A program made the translations under genes and the position numbers. Below are positions 37,651 through 51,929 of a DNA stretch of 64,000 nt, in pieces (positions within the stretch are counted from its first letter, which is position 1; each line of letters starts with the position of its first letter). Under the pieces are notes generated by a model, which had not been told where the DNA came from, searched no databases, and worked only from the letters and a program-made list of their open reading frames with translations. The stretch is from Octopus sinensis (taxonomy: Eukaryota). The DNA lies in contig NC_043015.1 of the NCBI RefSeq assembly GCF_006345805.1, positions 34,472,001 through 34,536,000 on the forward strand, in the 5' to 3' direction.

Positions 37651-38929
37651 TCTTTTTAGGTCAATCCAAACTTTGTGAGTGAAATTGAGTTGATGGAAAT
37701 TTTTGCAAAAGCCTGTTGCACGGATTGTACCTGGAATTCAAAGATACAACCTCATCACACAATGTATCATACTGATTCTGCCTAAGAATTACCTCAAGGG
37801 TACACAGTGGGATACTCAGCCACTCATATACTAATTCAATATGCAGATAGCTCAGTTGATCAAACACCTGAATATTCATCATCATATCTGAAGGAGATCT
37901 ACTTTCACTTTTACTTCACAATGCAACATAGTTGTATGCCTTGGGTGTATGTAGTGTTTTGTTTTGGTTTATGATGGCTAGTTTTATCCAGAAATGGGCT
38001 GAGAGGAAGCTATCTCTGAAAGGTTGGGTAGAGGTGGTGAAAGCTTACATACATTGGGCTAAAATAGAATGAGATATATTTTAATGTTGATCAAGATGTA
38101 TTGAGCTTTTTGTAGTGTACAGGATCAAAATGTATGGAAAGATGTTGTAAGGTTGGTTTCTGACTTAGACAAAGATTCTAATTATAAATTTCATGGCTTC
38201 ATTCTAAATACTTTTGAATTACAGCTTTGAAATAATGCCTCTTTCAAATCAAATGTAGTTGTTGCTAGATAGGTGATTTAGTGAAGGATCACAAATTTTA
38301 CATCTCAAACAGCAATTTGTATACTTACTAAGACGGTGGCACCAAATATAATTAATTGAATTTATATACAAAACATAACTGCTTGAATGTTAAGGAATTC
38401 CATAGTCCACTATTATGTTATCAAACATATATATTTAAAATATTTGCATACATATGTACAACTATATTCCTGTAAGCATTGAGTGTTGAATATTTATATT
38501 TGAAACCTTTCCATACATGTATAAGTAGCTGTGGATAATACAATTAAGTCTGTATCTTCATCAGTTTATTTGAAAAGTAATCCATTAGGTTTACGTTACA
38601 CTTTTATTTACCATGTGATGTAGCATCAACTGATCTCATCTATTTTATTCTATATGAAATTCTAATGCTTAAGTCAACAGTATTGATAGTTGAGCAAACA
38701 CGATCCATTGAGAAGTCATGAGAGAAAAAAGAAGTAAAACAAATTAAATGGAAACAATTTGGGAAGAATTTTTGTAATTTTAATGGAAACAAATCAATAC
38801 TGAAGATCCAAAGGAAAAGAAAAAATATTTCTATTAGTTTTATTAACTAATATGATTGCAAAAATATTCAATTGATAATTAAACAAACTAACAGACACAT
38901 GTTTATATATTCGTTTGTTGAATCTGGTC

Positions 38930-40030
38930 TATCAGCTCAAAAATGTTTGATCAGTATAGATTTATAACTTCGATCAGTCCAGTTCGTTCTGTTACTATGG
39001 ATCAGTTAGTGTTGTTATTGTAGATCAGTCAGTATTATCATTACAGAACAATGCATTCTATCAATGCAGATCAATATATTCTTTCAACATAGGTCAATAT
39101 CTGATTAGTATGTTCTCTCAAGGTAGATCAATCAGTTCTATCAGAACAAACCAATCAATATGTTCTACCAAAACGCATGAATATGTTTTGCCAGCAAAGA
39201 TAATGAGTTCGATCTTTACAGATCAAGATCTCCTATCAGTACAGTTCAATATGATCTATAGATGAAGATCAATCAGTTCTAACAGAACAGATCAGTATGT
39301 TCTATCAATACTGATCCATATGTTTGTTGATACAGTTCAGTGAGTTCTATAAGGAGGGATCAATTAGTTCCACCAAAGTAAATCGATGTGTTTTATCAGT
39401 TACAGATCAATGTGATCATTCAGCAATGAACAGTGTGTTCGGTTCTGTGAGTACAAATCGATATATTATATCAGCACAGATGAACCAGTTCGATCAACAC
39501 AGATCTATCTACTCAACACCTATATACTGTGTGTGTCTATATAGTCCACATCTAAAGCCATTTATATTGTCAACGTCCATGTACTGTCTGTACAGCCAAA
39601 ATCTCCATACTGTCTATTGTCAACATTTGTATACTGTCTATCTAAATGATCCAGATTCATATATTGTTTCACAGACTGTTTATATAGTCAACTATATATA
39701 GTCAATCTAGTCAGCATCTATATCTATACAGATAACATCTAAATGCATTTTATATTGTCTACATTCAAATAATGTTTATGTAGTCAACAGCTATGTACTG
39801 TCTGTATAGACAACTTCTATATACTATCTAAATATTCAAAATTCATGTACTTTCTATCAATGTAATCTAAATTTATATACTGTTTCTATAACCAACTTCC
39901 ATATTCTGTCTATACAGTTGAACATGTATATACTGCCCTATCCTGACTATAAAGTTGACATTTGTATCCTGTCTAAGTAGTCAGCATCTAAATGGGACAT
40001 ATGCTGACGAGTCATTTTTATTAATAATAA
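38930..40030. repeat. Two adjacent decayed minisatellites (gatcaatcagttctatca-type, then ~26-bp gtcaacatctatatactgtctata-type)
   Basis: Recurrent words; motif switches near 39500. Confidence 0.6.
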
Positions 40031-40177
40031 TCAACAGAAGTTTCAGAGTCACTCAAAGGCTGAGTACTTCTTGTGTTAGCAATTATAAAACTGGTTTCAA
40101 ATCAAAGGGTCATAAGTTTGTATGGCCTTCCCTGCATTGTCCTGGAACAAATTATAAAAATGAAATGTCATACGGAT

Positions 40178-40540
40178 CGTCATCATCATTATTTAACGTC
40201 CATTGTCCATGTTGGCATGGGTTGGACAGTTTGACCAGGGCTGGCAAGCTGGAAGGCTGCACCAGACTCCAGTCTGATTTGGTATGGTTTCTATGGCTGG
40301 GTGTCCTTCCGAATGCCAACCACTTCAAGAGTGTAATGGGCGCTTTTACTTGGCTTGATGGGTCCTCTTCTCAAGCACGACATAATGCCAAAGGCTTTTG
40401 TCATTCTTCATTGCTTCCATGAGACCAAACATTCAAAAGGAGCTTTTCATGTGCCACCGGCATCGGCCACTTTGCCTCTATGAAGACCAATGCTTGAAAG
40501 GTGCTTTTTAGGTGCCAGTATCTTGACACCAGCATTGGCC
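40178..40540 (-). mobile_element. RTE-type 3' tail (family C)
   Basis: Same body as 33011-33365. Confidence 0.75.
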
Positions 40541-40551
40541 ACAGCTAAACG

Positions 40552-40937
40552 ACATACAGGTGCAGACAGGGCTGTGTGGTTTGCTCGTTTTGCAACCACA
40601 TTGTTCCAGGTTCATTCCCAGTGTGATACCTTGGGCAAGTATCTTCCACTATAGCCCTCGGCTGACCAATGCCTTGTGAGTGGATTTGGTAGCTGGAAAC
40701 TGTGTGAAAGCCCATTGTGTGTGTGTGTGTGTGTGTGTGTGTTTCCTTGCTGCATTGCTTAACAACTGGTGTTGGTTTGTTTATGTCCCCATAACTTAGT
40801 GGTTCTGTAAAAGACACCCATACAGTAAGAACCATCCTTCAAAAATAAGTACAGGAATCAATTTGTTCGAGTAAGCCCTTAAAAGCATCATCCCAGCATG
40901 GCCACAGTCTAATGAATGAAATAAGTAAGAAATAAGA
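40552..40937 (+). mobile_element. SINE family A (diverged)
   Basis: Colinear with 1-410; partial copies also at 42085-42215 (-) and 48830-49115 (+). Confidence 0.75.
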
Positions 40938-41851
40938 TATTCTCTTTATGATAAATGTATTGATTAACATTGCTGTTGCTATTGTTGTTATTTTCTCTCG
41001 TGTGTGATTACACAATCATATGATATGTAGGGTACCATCAATTCAACTAGATGTGATCCCTAAGTGAAGTATTCCAAATATATATACTAAATATACCAGG
41101 ACTCCACATATTTGAAGTCCTTAATAAACATGCATGTCTTAATTGATGAAAATATTCCTTGAGTTTATATTGAACTGTTGAAGCCTTGGGAGGAAGAGTT
41201 CAAGTCAGTTTTAAGACTGTAACTTCACATCCAGACGGACATCAGCCAGAAAGTTACTGTAACTGATACACGGATAAAGCCTAAGAATGGAAAAGTTGAT
41301 GATGTCTGAAAACCTTTGATTTTAATATTTACAATGCAATTATATTTTTATTGATTTACACCCATTTTTCTCTTTTGTATATTTAGATATAAAAGCTGGA
41401 GTAGTTATTTTCACATTAATACTTTCTGCTATTGCTGACCACTCATCTGTGAAGTGGGAGTGGTAACTATTTCCAGTTAGTTTGATTGAGGCAAACACCA
41501 TAATGTACTTCATCTAAGGTGACCAGGCAAAATGGAAATGTTGAATTCTAGTGGAATAATCTTGTCTGAAATATGCTGAATAGAAAGATATTGACAAATC
41601 CTCATTATTTCTATTGCCTAACCAGCCAATATTCCTACCTGTTGCATACATGATTTGGTGGCTTATGAGGTTCTGACCAGGTGGAAAAAACAGCAGCAAT
41701 TGTATAATCTAAGAAGACAAGGATAATGTTTTCTCACTGAAGCTATTAGTTTCATTTCTTCCATCTGCTGAACAAATGTTCACACATTCATGTGAATATT
41801 AAATAAGGAACACATGCACCCTCACCACACACACACACACACTCACACACA

Positions 41852-41888
<37 letters not shown>

Positions 41889-42311
41889 ATATTCCGAAGT
41901 TTGCATTGAGAGTTTATAGATCTATTTGCAATCAATAATAGTGAAATTTGCATTTATATACATTGGCTGCATCAGCATAAAGCAAAAACAATGATGGTGA
42001 AGATGTTGATGATGATAGTTGCTTTTATATAATATTGCTTATCTATGTGTGTATGCATATGTGTGTTTGTGTGTGTGGATATATATATATACACGACAGG
42101 CTTCTTTCAGTGTCTGTCTACCAAATCTGCTCATGGGGCTTTGGTCAGCAGTGGGACAGAACCTGAAGCCATGTGGTTAGGAAGCGAGCTTCTTACCACA
42201 CAGCCATGTCTGTGCCTATGTACATTATAAAAAAAATTTTCATTTTCCTCCACATTTTTTGCTTCTTACTGTTGTTATTGTAGTTGGTTTCATGAAAAGA
42301 TAAAACTATAT

Positions 42312-42487
42312 GTTTCGGCTGATATACCCTCCACCCTTCATCAGGTGTCTTGGGGAAATTTTGAACCTGGGTTCTCGTTCCTAAGGTATTATTATTATTA
42401 TGGTTATTATCATTCAGGTCACTCCCTGGAATTGAACTCAGAATCTTGGGGTTAGTAGTCCATGCTCTTAACCACTATGCCATATGC
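42312..42487 (-). mobile_element. tRNA-headed element carrying a hammerhead core (SINE/retrozyme-like)
   Basis: A box TGGCATAGTGG (42472-42482), B box GTTCAATTCC (42428-42437), (AAT)n, then GACAC-CTGATGA-AGGGTG...CAGCC-GAAAC; homologous to 59782-59914. Confidence 0.75.
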
Positions 42488-43479
42488 ATCGCAGTAGACT
42501 CTGCTGTGATGAGTCTAAAATACAACAAGCTGTAAGGGACTATGTTTGATTTTTGCAGATAATAATGGTGTGTAGATTACGAATTTTGATTGAAGAGATG
42601 GGGCCTCAAAACAAAAAGTTGCAGGGGGCCTCTAAAGGTCAGGCGACAGCCTTGGATACCTTTTACAGCATTCTTTACTCAACATACTTTACACAGCATA
42701 TCTTACACGACATACTTTATACAGTTTAATGTGCTTTATTTTAGTAGCAACTTTGTTCTTGAATAACAAAAAGCTGGTAGTGAACTGTTTTATCTTTCTC
42801 CAAAGTTTATTATTACATCATTGCCCCAAATAAAATATATTAATGGTCTCTAGTTGTTACATTCAGTTTAAATGTAACTACCAACCATTACTATACATTA
42901 ACTTGGTTTTATGAAACCTTGCTATAAAAATATATTCTCAGTAAAACTGTAATTTCTGGTTTCAACCCCCATTTAGAAACACACCACCACTTTCTTTCAA
43001 CGTCTCTTATTTTCTTATTTTCACCTGTTTTTCCTTATGTGTAACAAACACTGTATCATCGTAAAGATTATTGATTATTGATATGGAACATTTATGTTTT
43101 TTTTGTTTTTATAATATACTTTTTTTTATTAGGAATGACATTCAACACATAAAGAGATAGATTTCATCTTGGATTACTTGTCTACATAAAAGAATTCTTT
43201 CTTTGTCTCTCTATTGAAATCTTGACTATTCTTTTGACATGTAGGGAGGAAGATAACTATATTTTTCATGGAGGGTACTACCATGTCCATGGTGCAATCA
43301 TAATCATTTAACATTTCAACTATTTCTTGCATTTTTGGAGATTTTATCATTTTTAACTGATTCTATTCAGAAGTTGTTGTTTTGAAGTATTTTAGTGGAA
43401 ATACATAACCAACTTTTTGTTTCTAGTCTGAAGATGTAATATTCTTCACACTTTTGTGTGTGTGTGCATGTGTGTGTGT

Positions 43480-43524
<45 letters not shown>

Positions 43525-43730
43525 GTGAATGTTTACATTCTACATTTTCTCATTAAAGCATTAAGTAAAACAAATATCAGGTTGATTGACCTTCTGTACC
43601 AACAAAATGTCCCATAGCAGCTCTATAATAAATGAAATATAAAAAATACATTGCTTGAAAAAATAAGTGTTAGCTCCAACGAAAGTCTCCAGCTGTGAAA
43701 CAATGTCCCACTCCGGGCAGGAGGATTGGT

Positions 43731-43767
43731 GGGTATGGGTGGGTTATGGGTGGGTAGGGCGGGCGGG
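43731..43767 (+). other. G-quadruplex-forming motif (8 GGG tracts, loops 1-4 nt)
   Basis: gggtatgggtgggttatgggtgggtagggcgggcggg. Confidence 0.7.
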
Positions 43768-44966
43768 TGGTTAGTTAGGTAGAACAAACAAACAAACCCT
43801 TCATCCATAGCCCTCTATTAATTTGTGTTCTGTATTTAGAACACCTTTCTTTTGTATATTTTGCATTCAAAGTTATTTTAAATACAATTCGACATGAAGG
43901 ATGACACCATACTGTTATTTATGCAATTGAATCTTTTTCATCAGTTTGTCAACGCTTCTGCTTTGAAGTCCTGTGAAAATGACAGTCTGACATGTCTCAT
44001 GGAAAGAAATTGTCAATTCTCCAATAGGCATCCTACTCTCAGACATTTTACTAGTGCCATACCCTTTCTTTGAAATAGTTACTCACTGCTTTTATATTGG
44101 TTTGTCTGTTCATTAGTTTACTACAGTCAAAATGGTCCTCTTTTGTGGTTGTATATTTGATGCAAACTTCATAGCTACATCAGATTGGTTGTAGACTCTA
44201 TCTGAACTGGATTATTGCTTTTATATCTGTACAACTAATTACTTGATGCTGGCACTCAAGATGACTGATTGGGAATCTACTCAGCAAACACAATGAATTT
44301 ACATTTAGTAAGGACCATTTATATAACTAGCAAAGAATCTCTATATAAAAAAAAGAACGAACTGAACAATTTGTGACATACCAATCTATTGTCTTTATTT
44401 ACTGATAGTATGTTTGTGCCATCATTAGTGTTATTATCACCATCATTATCATCATCACTTTACATCAGCCTTCTATGCTGGCAGAGGCTGGACATTTTAA
44501 CAAGATCCAACACATCAAAGAGCCAGATCTTGCTCAAACACGTTTTGTCATGGTTTCTATGACTGGATGATATTCCTAACATCAACCACTTTACCGAGTG
44601 TACCAGCTGCATTTCTCCATGCACTCATAGAAAGATTGTCATATTCCACGGCAGAACTGAACCAACCTTATTTTGTCTCCACTCTGTTCGGATGGTTTTT
44701 TTTTTTGCTTTGTTTTTTTCTTCCGATCACAAAAACATAAACTTAAAAAATAAACTTCATTTGGTCGCATTCCTTGATAGTATCTTGGTCAACCTATGAA
44801 CTTTTCAGCTGACCCTCATATAGTTCCTGGTCTATACATTTTCTCTCCTCTATAATGAAAAGAGTCTGGTTCCATAGAGTCTCAGATAATGCACAGACAC
44901 AGAATTAGGTCTGCTTGTTACACAAAAACTGTTGGTTAATCATGTTATACACATTATGCATATATG

Positions 44967-45023
<57 letters not shown>

Positions 45024-47732
45024 TGTACTGTACAAAATTTTAATGAAGATAATCTCAGATATTGCTTTTGAATATAGCTAACAAGAACTTTATGAAATAG
45101 TCTGTTTTTGTAATTCTGTATTTTTAACACCATTACGGAATGGCTTATTTAATTAAATTTCATAATCTACACCAGGATTTTATTTTGGGATGAAACAGTG
45201 ATTATGATAGTACAATGTTATAATCATTTCCAAATATATGTAGAAATTGTCTCTTTTCTGCGCTTCATGTTGTCCTCTAAGTGTTTCCCTTCGTTCAGTT
45301 AAGTCTGCATCATTATCTTTATAACTGATAACTTTTATCCAGTTTACAATAGATTTTTATGTTCACACAGTAAACAATACAATTACCACAGCCACATTTC
45401 TGGTCTTTATTTATATTTATGGCTCTTGGCTTATTTAGCTGTGAATATAGATTGCAAGTATTGGTGTCAAAATGCTGGCTTTTGTTTCTGGCCATTCATC
45501 AGCTGGAATATTATGTAAGGCAGGGATTCATTATTACACTTCAGCGAACATCGTGTAATAATGTTCATGCTGAGCTGTTCGTTAGAAGCAGGAAACCAGA
45601 TATATAGAAATAGAAGGAAAAAATCAGACAGCATACGACGAGCTATGCAGATTTCCTTTGCAGTTTCTGTGCATGAATCTATTATTGCATGATGTCTATT
45701 GACAATAGACTCCATGAAGTAGTTCAGCTGAAGGAGGAGCTGCAAAGATGACTCTACTACTACTGCTGCTGTTGCTACTGCTACTGATGATTATGGTGAT
45801 GGTGAATTATGATGATGTTACTGCTGCTGTTGGTTTTAACTCCATTGACAAACTCAGCCTCCAACTGCTTTTCGTCCTTGATGCTTAGCTTTCAAAACTA
45901 TCAAGCATTCAACAAATGATTCAGTTTGTAGCAAATGATTTGATAGCTTTCTCTTCTTTCTTTCTTCATCTCTCTCTATCTCTCCCTTCCTTCTCTCTCT
46001 GTTTCTCTCATTCCTTGTACCATCCTACTCTTCGTAACTCCCATCCTTTCTCTTGGAATTCTTGCTGGAATGAAAAGTAAAACCCAACATTTTGAAGAAA
46101 GGATTGTCAATGTTTAAAATTGAGTTTTCACTATCCAAAAAAAGATCTGTTATCAATGTACAGCATCTGTTGGTGATGAGGGCGGATGAAGAAATGAGAA
46201 TTTTACCTCAGAAAAATATTTCAGTTTTAATTCCTGATGTAGACATTGATCTTTGGCCAGTAATGGGGATGCCATAATCATTTCAAATATCACTGATCAA
46301 ATGTAGATTTAAGTTACACTTAGATGAAGAGTATGAAACATCGGAATCAGAAACCGATATAATTCAGCTTTATGGTTTTGGGAATTAGAGAGTTTTTGTT
46401 AAAGTCACATTGAATTTTGGTAATTGGAAGGATTTTATGCAAGTCATGGAATTTTTAATCATCAATACCAAGAAGAACTTTACGACTCAAAACTTTCCCA
46501 TTTTGTAGTTGACAATAAGAGAATCATTTTCCTGTATATTTGATTATTCATTTATCATTAATTCATTTAACATGGTGTTCTTTTTTTTAACCAAACACTC
46601 ATGATCAACAACAATAAGCTGTACATTGATATTTGACTCTTTCAGATTAGGTCAATCATCCTAAAGCCTACGAATGTTCAGGCAGAATGCCAAGACGAAA
46701 TTTGCTGAATTTATTTGTTCACCTGTTAATTCATCTGAAAACTTTCAATTGTTAGAGGAGGGATAATTTGTATTTCCAGAATTGAAGTTTCTTTTTTCTC
46801 CTCTAACACCAGGCTCAGGATTTGTCTTTATAAATGTTCAGCTTTCCAGGATCCACAAAATAATATCATAATTTAGATGACAATTAAAATATTATAACCT
46901 ATGAAGATGGTGAGCTTAGCAGAACTGTTAGCGCCAGCCAAAATGCTTAGCAACATTTTGTCTGTCCTTATGTTCTGAATTCAAACTCCAATGAAGTCAA
47001 CTTTGCCTTTCATCCCTTTTGGGGTCAATAAAATAAGTACCAGTAGAGTACTAGGGTCAATGTAGTTGCTGGCCTTGTGTCAGAATTTGAACCCAATATA
47101 TTATAACACATGTCTTGTAAAATAATTTCTCACATGCAATGAGATACCAACACTGTGTATTCGGCGGATGGTTAAACCAGTGTGTGTGTGTGTTTTCCAT
47201 TTGAGATTCTTGTTGGTAAATTTATGATGTCAGCATATTCTTGTCAGTTATTGTCAAAAGACTGCATCTGAGGAAATATATGTTTCTGACAATGAGGAAA
47301 GATTATGTATTTAGGATTTGAAACACTGAACAAGTATTTATTTTTCCTTAGGCAACTTATTAAAAGTTCATTGTTTATATATGAATGAATAGAAAAGGAT
47401 GTCAGTGACGTGTCATCTACTTATAAAATCATTTTGAAGCTTCCGTACGTTGTTTATATAAATGATTTCATCATCATCATAATCGTTAAAAGAATTTTTG
47501 AATAGGACTTTTGAGAATGCCAATGGAAACAATGTCACTTCCTTCCTTTTGAGTGTTGGATGCAAGTTTGGTTTTTGTTGTGGTGAGAGTCATTGACACC
47601 CCTGGCAGATTGGCGAATGGACTAACCGAACTCTTATAAAGAGTAGTAGTCAGTAGTAGGGAAGAGAGCGTTTTTGGTAGTCTTGCAATGTACATCATGG
47701 GTCCAAGTGGAGAGCATATTCCTTACACCATA

Positions 47733-48010
47733 CACATCATCATCATCATCGTTTAACGTCCGCTTTCCATGCTAGCATGGGTTGGCTGGTTCAACTGGGG
47801 TCTGGGAAGCCCAAAGGCTGCACCAGACCAGTCAGATCAGGCAGTGTTTCTACAGCTGGATGCCCTTCCTAATGCCAACCACTCCATGAGTATAGTGGGT
47901 GCTTTTTATGTGCCACCGACACAGGTGCCAGACTAGGCTGGCGAACAGCCATGCTCGGATGGTGCTTTTTACGTGCCACCGGCACAGAGGCCAGGCGAAG
48001 CTGGCAAATA
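47733..48010 (-). mobile_element. RTE-type 3' tail (family C)
   Basis: Same body as 33011-33365. Confidence 0.8.
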
Positions 48011-48797
48011 TTAAAGTGTTGCAATGAGGATTAATTGTTTACTAGTTAACAACGTAACAATGCTTCTAAGAATACTGAATTTATCTGAAGGTGTTGTATA
48101 ATTATAGTTTCAGCATGGAATTTGTTTGGCTATGTTGTTTGTGTCTCTATTATCTTTTAAGCTGATTGATCTGAGGGGATCCCATTATGTATGTTCGATT
48201 ACAATGTTTTTTACCTCTGATGGTCTACTTTCACTTTCTGTGTGTCTGTACCTTAACTCTTTTTTGTATTAATATCTAAAAAAAGTTTATATTTGGAATT
48301 AGGATCAATTGTTAACTCTCTCTTAATATAAAAGAATTTTGTCATGCTACGTAATTATGATTGTTGAATATGAATAGTCTTACTTACAATTCTGTCTTTC
48401 TTGAGGAGAGCTTATAGAAGAATCCACAAATCTTTCATAAATGGAAATTTTTTATTTATGTAACACAATTATAAACACTTCCAGGTCTTGAAATTCTTAT
48501 TTAGATCCTTTGATATATTCTAAATTTTGAAATATTATTTTTATTAAGAATGTTTTAAGGAATCATGTATGTAACAGATATGTTTCTAATTCTAGTTTTT
48601 GTATCTGAGATTCTATCAAAAAAAACAAATCGTAGATTTCAATATGTACTTGCAAACTTTGACAATATAATACAACAGTTTTTGTATTTTGATATTCCTT
48701 TTGAAATATAAAAGTTCTGTTTTGAAAACTACATTAATTTTATGTTTCCAATATGATACAGCTTATAAAGATCTGATTCTCATTTACACTTTTATAT

Positions 48798-48833
<36 letters not shown>

Positions 48834-50283
48834 GTATGGTTAAGAAGCTCACTGTACAACCATGTAGTTTTGGGCTCAGAGCCACTGTGTTGTGTGTGTG
48901 TGTGCACGTGCATCATGGTGTCTGTGTTTGTTCTTTCCAGCCAATGCTTAACTGGTGTTGGTTTGTTACATCCCTGTGACTTAGTAGTTTAATAGAAGAG
49001 AAGGTAGAATAAGTACCACACTTAAAGGGTAAGCAATGAGATCAAATTGCTCTACTAAAATCCTTCAAGGTAGTGCCCCAGTATGGCCACAGTCCAATGA
49101 GTAAAATAAATAAAAGACAGAAAAAATGTGTGGACAAAGAGACATGTATACACATATGCAATCATATATATATATAGAACGTATATACACAAATGCACAT
49201 ATATTCACACTAACATATGTACATAGAAAGGTATTCAGATATCGACTCAATAGATTTCAGAATCATTTTATAAACACGAATTCAGAAAAACAAATAAACT
49301 ATAAAATTCAATTTAAGACCTTAAAATAATACATGAAAAAGCAAATTAGAATGAAAGATTATAATAATACAAGAGAAATTGAAAAATTTATTACTTATAT
49401 TAGGAAAACATAACATATAAGATTGTGAAAGCAAATTATCCTAAACCAACAAATTTCTTACGCTTATTTTTGCTCTTGTTAATATTATTCTTATTTAAGT
49501 TTATTATCTCTCATTTTATGAAGAATTGCAATATTTTTATTTTTCCATTTAGGATAATTAAAAAAAAAAAGAAAAAGGACATTACATGTTGACAATAATA
49601 ATCTTATGTTTTGTATTAATCAGAGAACCTGGATCAGCTGTTATAATCTCCAGTACTTCAGTTTCCCTAATACAGCCCAGCATATTTTAAACTAAAACCC
49701 TTTCAAACTAAATGCTATCTCCTTCGATTTCAAATCAAAAATGTTTTCATCAGAAGTTGCACTTTTTCATTCTATATACCATTTAAAAAATATTGCAATA
49801 GATCTGAATTTAAAAAGCTTACGAATTAGGATTTCAATTAACTCCCCAAAAAAATCTCGTTTATTATTTCCATTTTCATTCTCCTCCTTCTTTTGTCATT
49901 TTTCTCTTATATCATAACAAGTGGGTTATTTTTATTATTAGAAACGTTATGTTATTAATGTCATTATTAATAATGTTATTGTAGTAGTAGTAGTAGTAGC
50001 AGCAGCAGCAACAGCAGTAATTGTTGTTGTTGTTTACTTCTCTGTGCACTCAGTCTCGTTTGCTCTGGTTGATTCAGGTGAGAACAGACAGCAGTCTGCT
50101 GCCAGAGGTTTCACAGTGTCTCTTTCCACACATTATAAGCTTTGGCACTTGGCTGTTAATTATCATGGAAGACATTCAACAGTCAAGTACTAATCTAAAA
50201 ATTCTAGCTGTCCTCAGCAGAGCAGTTTTGGGGTCTTGTTCTCTTCTCATATCAATTCTGATTTCTCTGACATGTTTCTTGAA

Positions 50284-50324
<41 letters not shown>

Positions 50325-50341
50325 CATTATTATTATTATTA

Positions 50342-50720
50342 TTAAGGCAGTGAGCTGGCAGGCTCATTAGCACACTAGTCAAAATGTTTAGCGGCATTTC
50401 ATCCATCCTTACATTCTGAGTTCAAATTCTGCCAAAGCTAACTTTACTTTTCATCCTTTCAGGGTTGATAAATTAAATACTAGTTGAGCACTTGGGTTGA
50501 TGTAATCAACTTAACCTTGCCCTGAAATTGCTGGCCTTGTGCCAAAATTTGAAACCATTATTATTAAGGGGCAGTGAGCTGAGAGAATTCAGTTCAAATT
50601 CCACCAAGGTTGACTTTGCCTTTCCTCTTTTTCAGGGTTAGTAAAACAAGTATTGGGGGTCGATGTAATCGACTTCCCTACACCTCAGAAATTGCTGGCT
50701 TTGTGCCAAAATTTGAAACC
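50342..50720 (+). mobile_element. Two tandem SINE family B copies after (ATT)n
   Basis: Same body as 1813-2280. Confidence 0.75.
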
Positions 50721-51864
50721 TTTCTCATCATCATCATCATCATTGTAGTTGTTGTTCTTATTGTAATCATTGTTTTTATTTATATTATTGCTATGTTTAA
50801 AATGTTTAATGTCAAAATCATGTTTGTTTAGCTTATGGTGATTCAATACTTGCTATAATGGATTCTAAGTTTGATGTGAGGTATTTTGCTGAGGTGTAAA
50901 ATTTCAACCAAAATTTTAAAGACTATTTGCATTTTTATAGTATTAAAGCATTAATTCAGTATATTCAGTTACGTGTGTGTGTGTGTGTGTGTGTGAGGTA
51001 AGGGTATTGGTTAAGGGCTAAATGCTACACCTGTACATACATTTTACTCATTGCTAGATACACAAGCTTTAAACAAGTACAATTAAACATTGCAAATATA
51101 TAACTTGCCATTTCCTAAATTGAACTGGAGTGGAACCATCAGATCATGTAAATGGGAGAAGGTTAAAGAAAGCATTCAGGTGGTAAAATGAGATGAAGAA
51201 TATGATTAAAACAATAAATTAGATTTTAGCATTTCCTTGATCTGTCTTGTATACTAGATACATCCTTTATGAGTTCATCTTCTTGAGGGGTCAGTTTTTA
51301 TGGAAGTCCTTCATATTTCAGTTTATGAATGATACCTACTCTCTATGTGCTTTAAATAATAATTGCTTTAAAAATTTGTTATTTAAGTAATACCAAAATC
51401 TGTGTGAATGATATGCATAGAATTTATAAGCCACAATGTGATAATTCTCAATAATCCTGAAGATTGCAATGTATTAACAGATTGTATTTAAGCAATGACA
51501 TTATATATCCCTATATGTCAGAAAATATAACAAGAATGGTTGGCATCAAGAAGGACTTCTTGTAAAACACTGCCTCCAAGACCCAGCCAATCCATTACAG
51601 CAAAATGATGACAATCATGATGAAGAAGATGATGATGAATGACCTTCTTTAATATATTATTATTTCTGATTCCACACTCATAATCAGAAACAACAACATG
51701 ATAATTCTCATCCTTTATTCAATATTAAAATCTTTTCTGATGTTTCATATGGTAATGTTGGTTCATTAAATTCTAAATTTTGAATTTTGTGCACATAAAT
51801 CTTTAATGATATCAGTATGTACATATGAAGGTTTTTGTGAATATATTATAACATTGTTTGTTAA

Positions 51865-51929
51865 ATACAATAAAATAATACAAATGATATCAACTTAAAG
51901 TTGATATCATTTGTGTTATTTTATTGTAT
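51865..51929. repeat. 65-bp near-perfect palindrome
   Basis: 32-bp arms with 1 mismatch and a 1-nt spacer. Confidence 0.9.

Noticed and set aside
42400-42487. Genuine tRNA gene
   Set aside because: A and B boxes are present but no convincing cloverleaf or acceptor stem; it continues into repeat body, as do the other SINE heads
45440-45750. Exon-like pieces (IASIGVKMLAF..., RLHEVVQLKEELQR*) and CTGATGA...GAAAC on the minus strand
   Set aside because: Frames and splice sites are ambiguous; the spacer between the core halves is too short for stem II
46090-46760. Possible decayed Penelope RT N-terminus on the minus strand
   Set aside because: Motif matches (YWPKI, IRP) too short and spread over different frames
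50063-50086. 24-nt candidate micro-exon (cag|...|gtgaga)
   Set aside because: Such short matches are expected by chance in 64 kb
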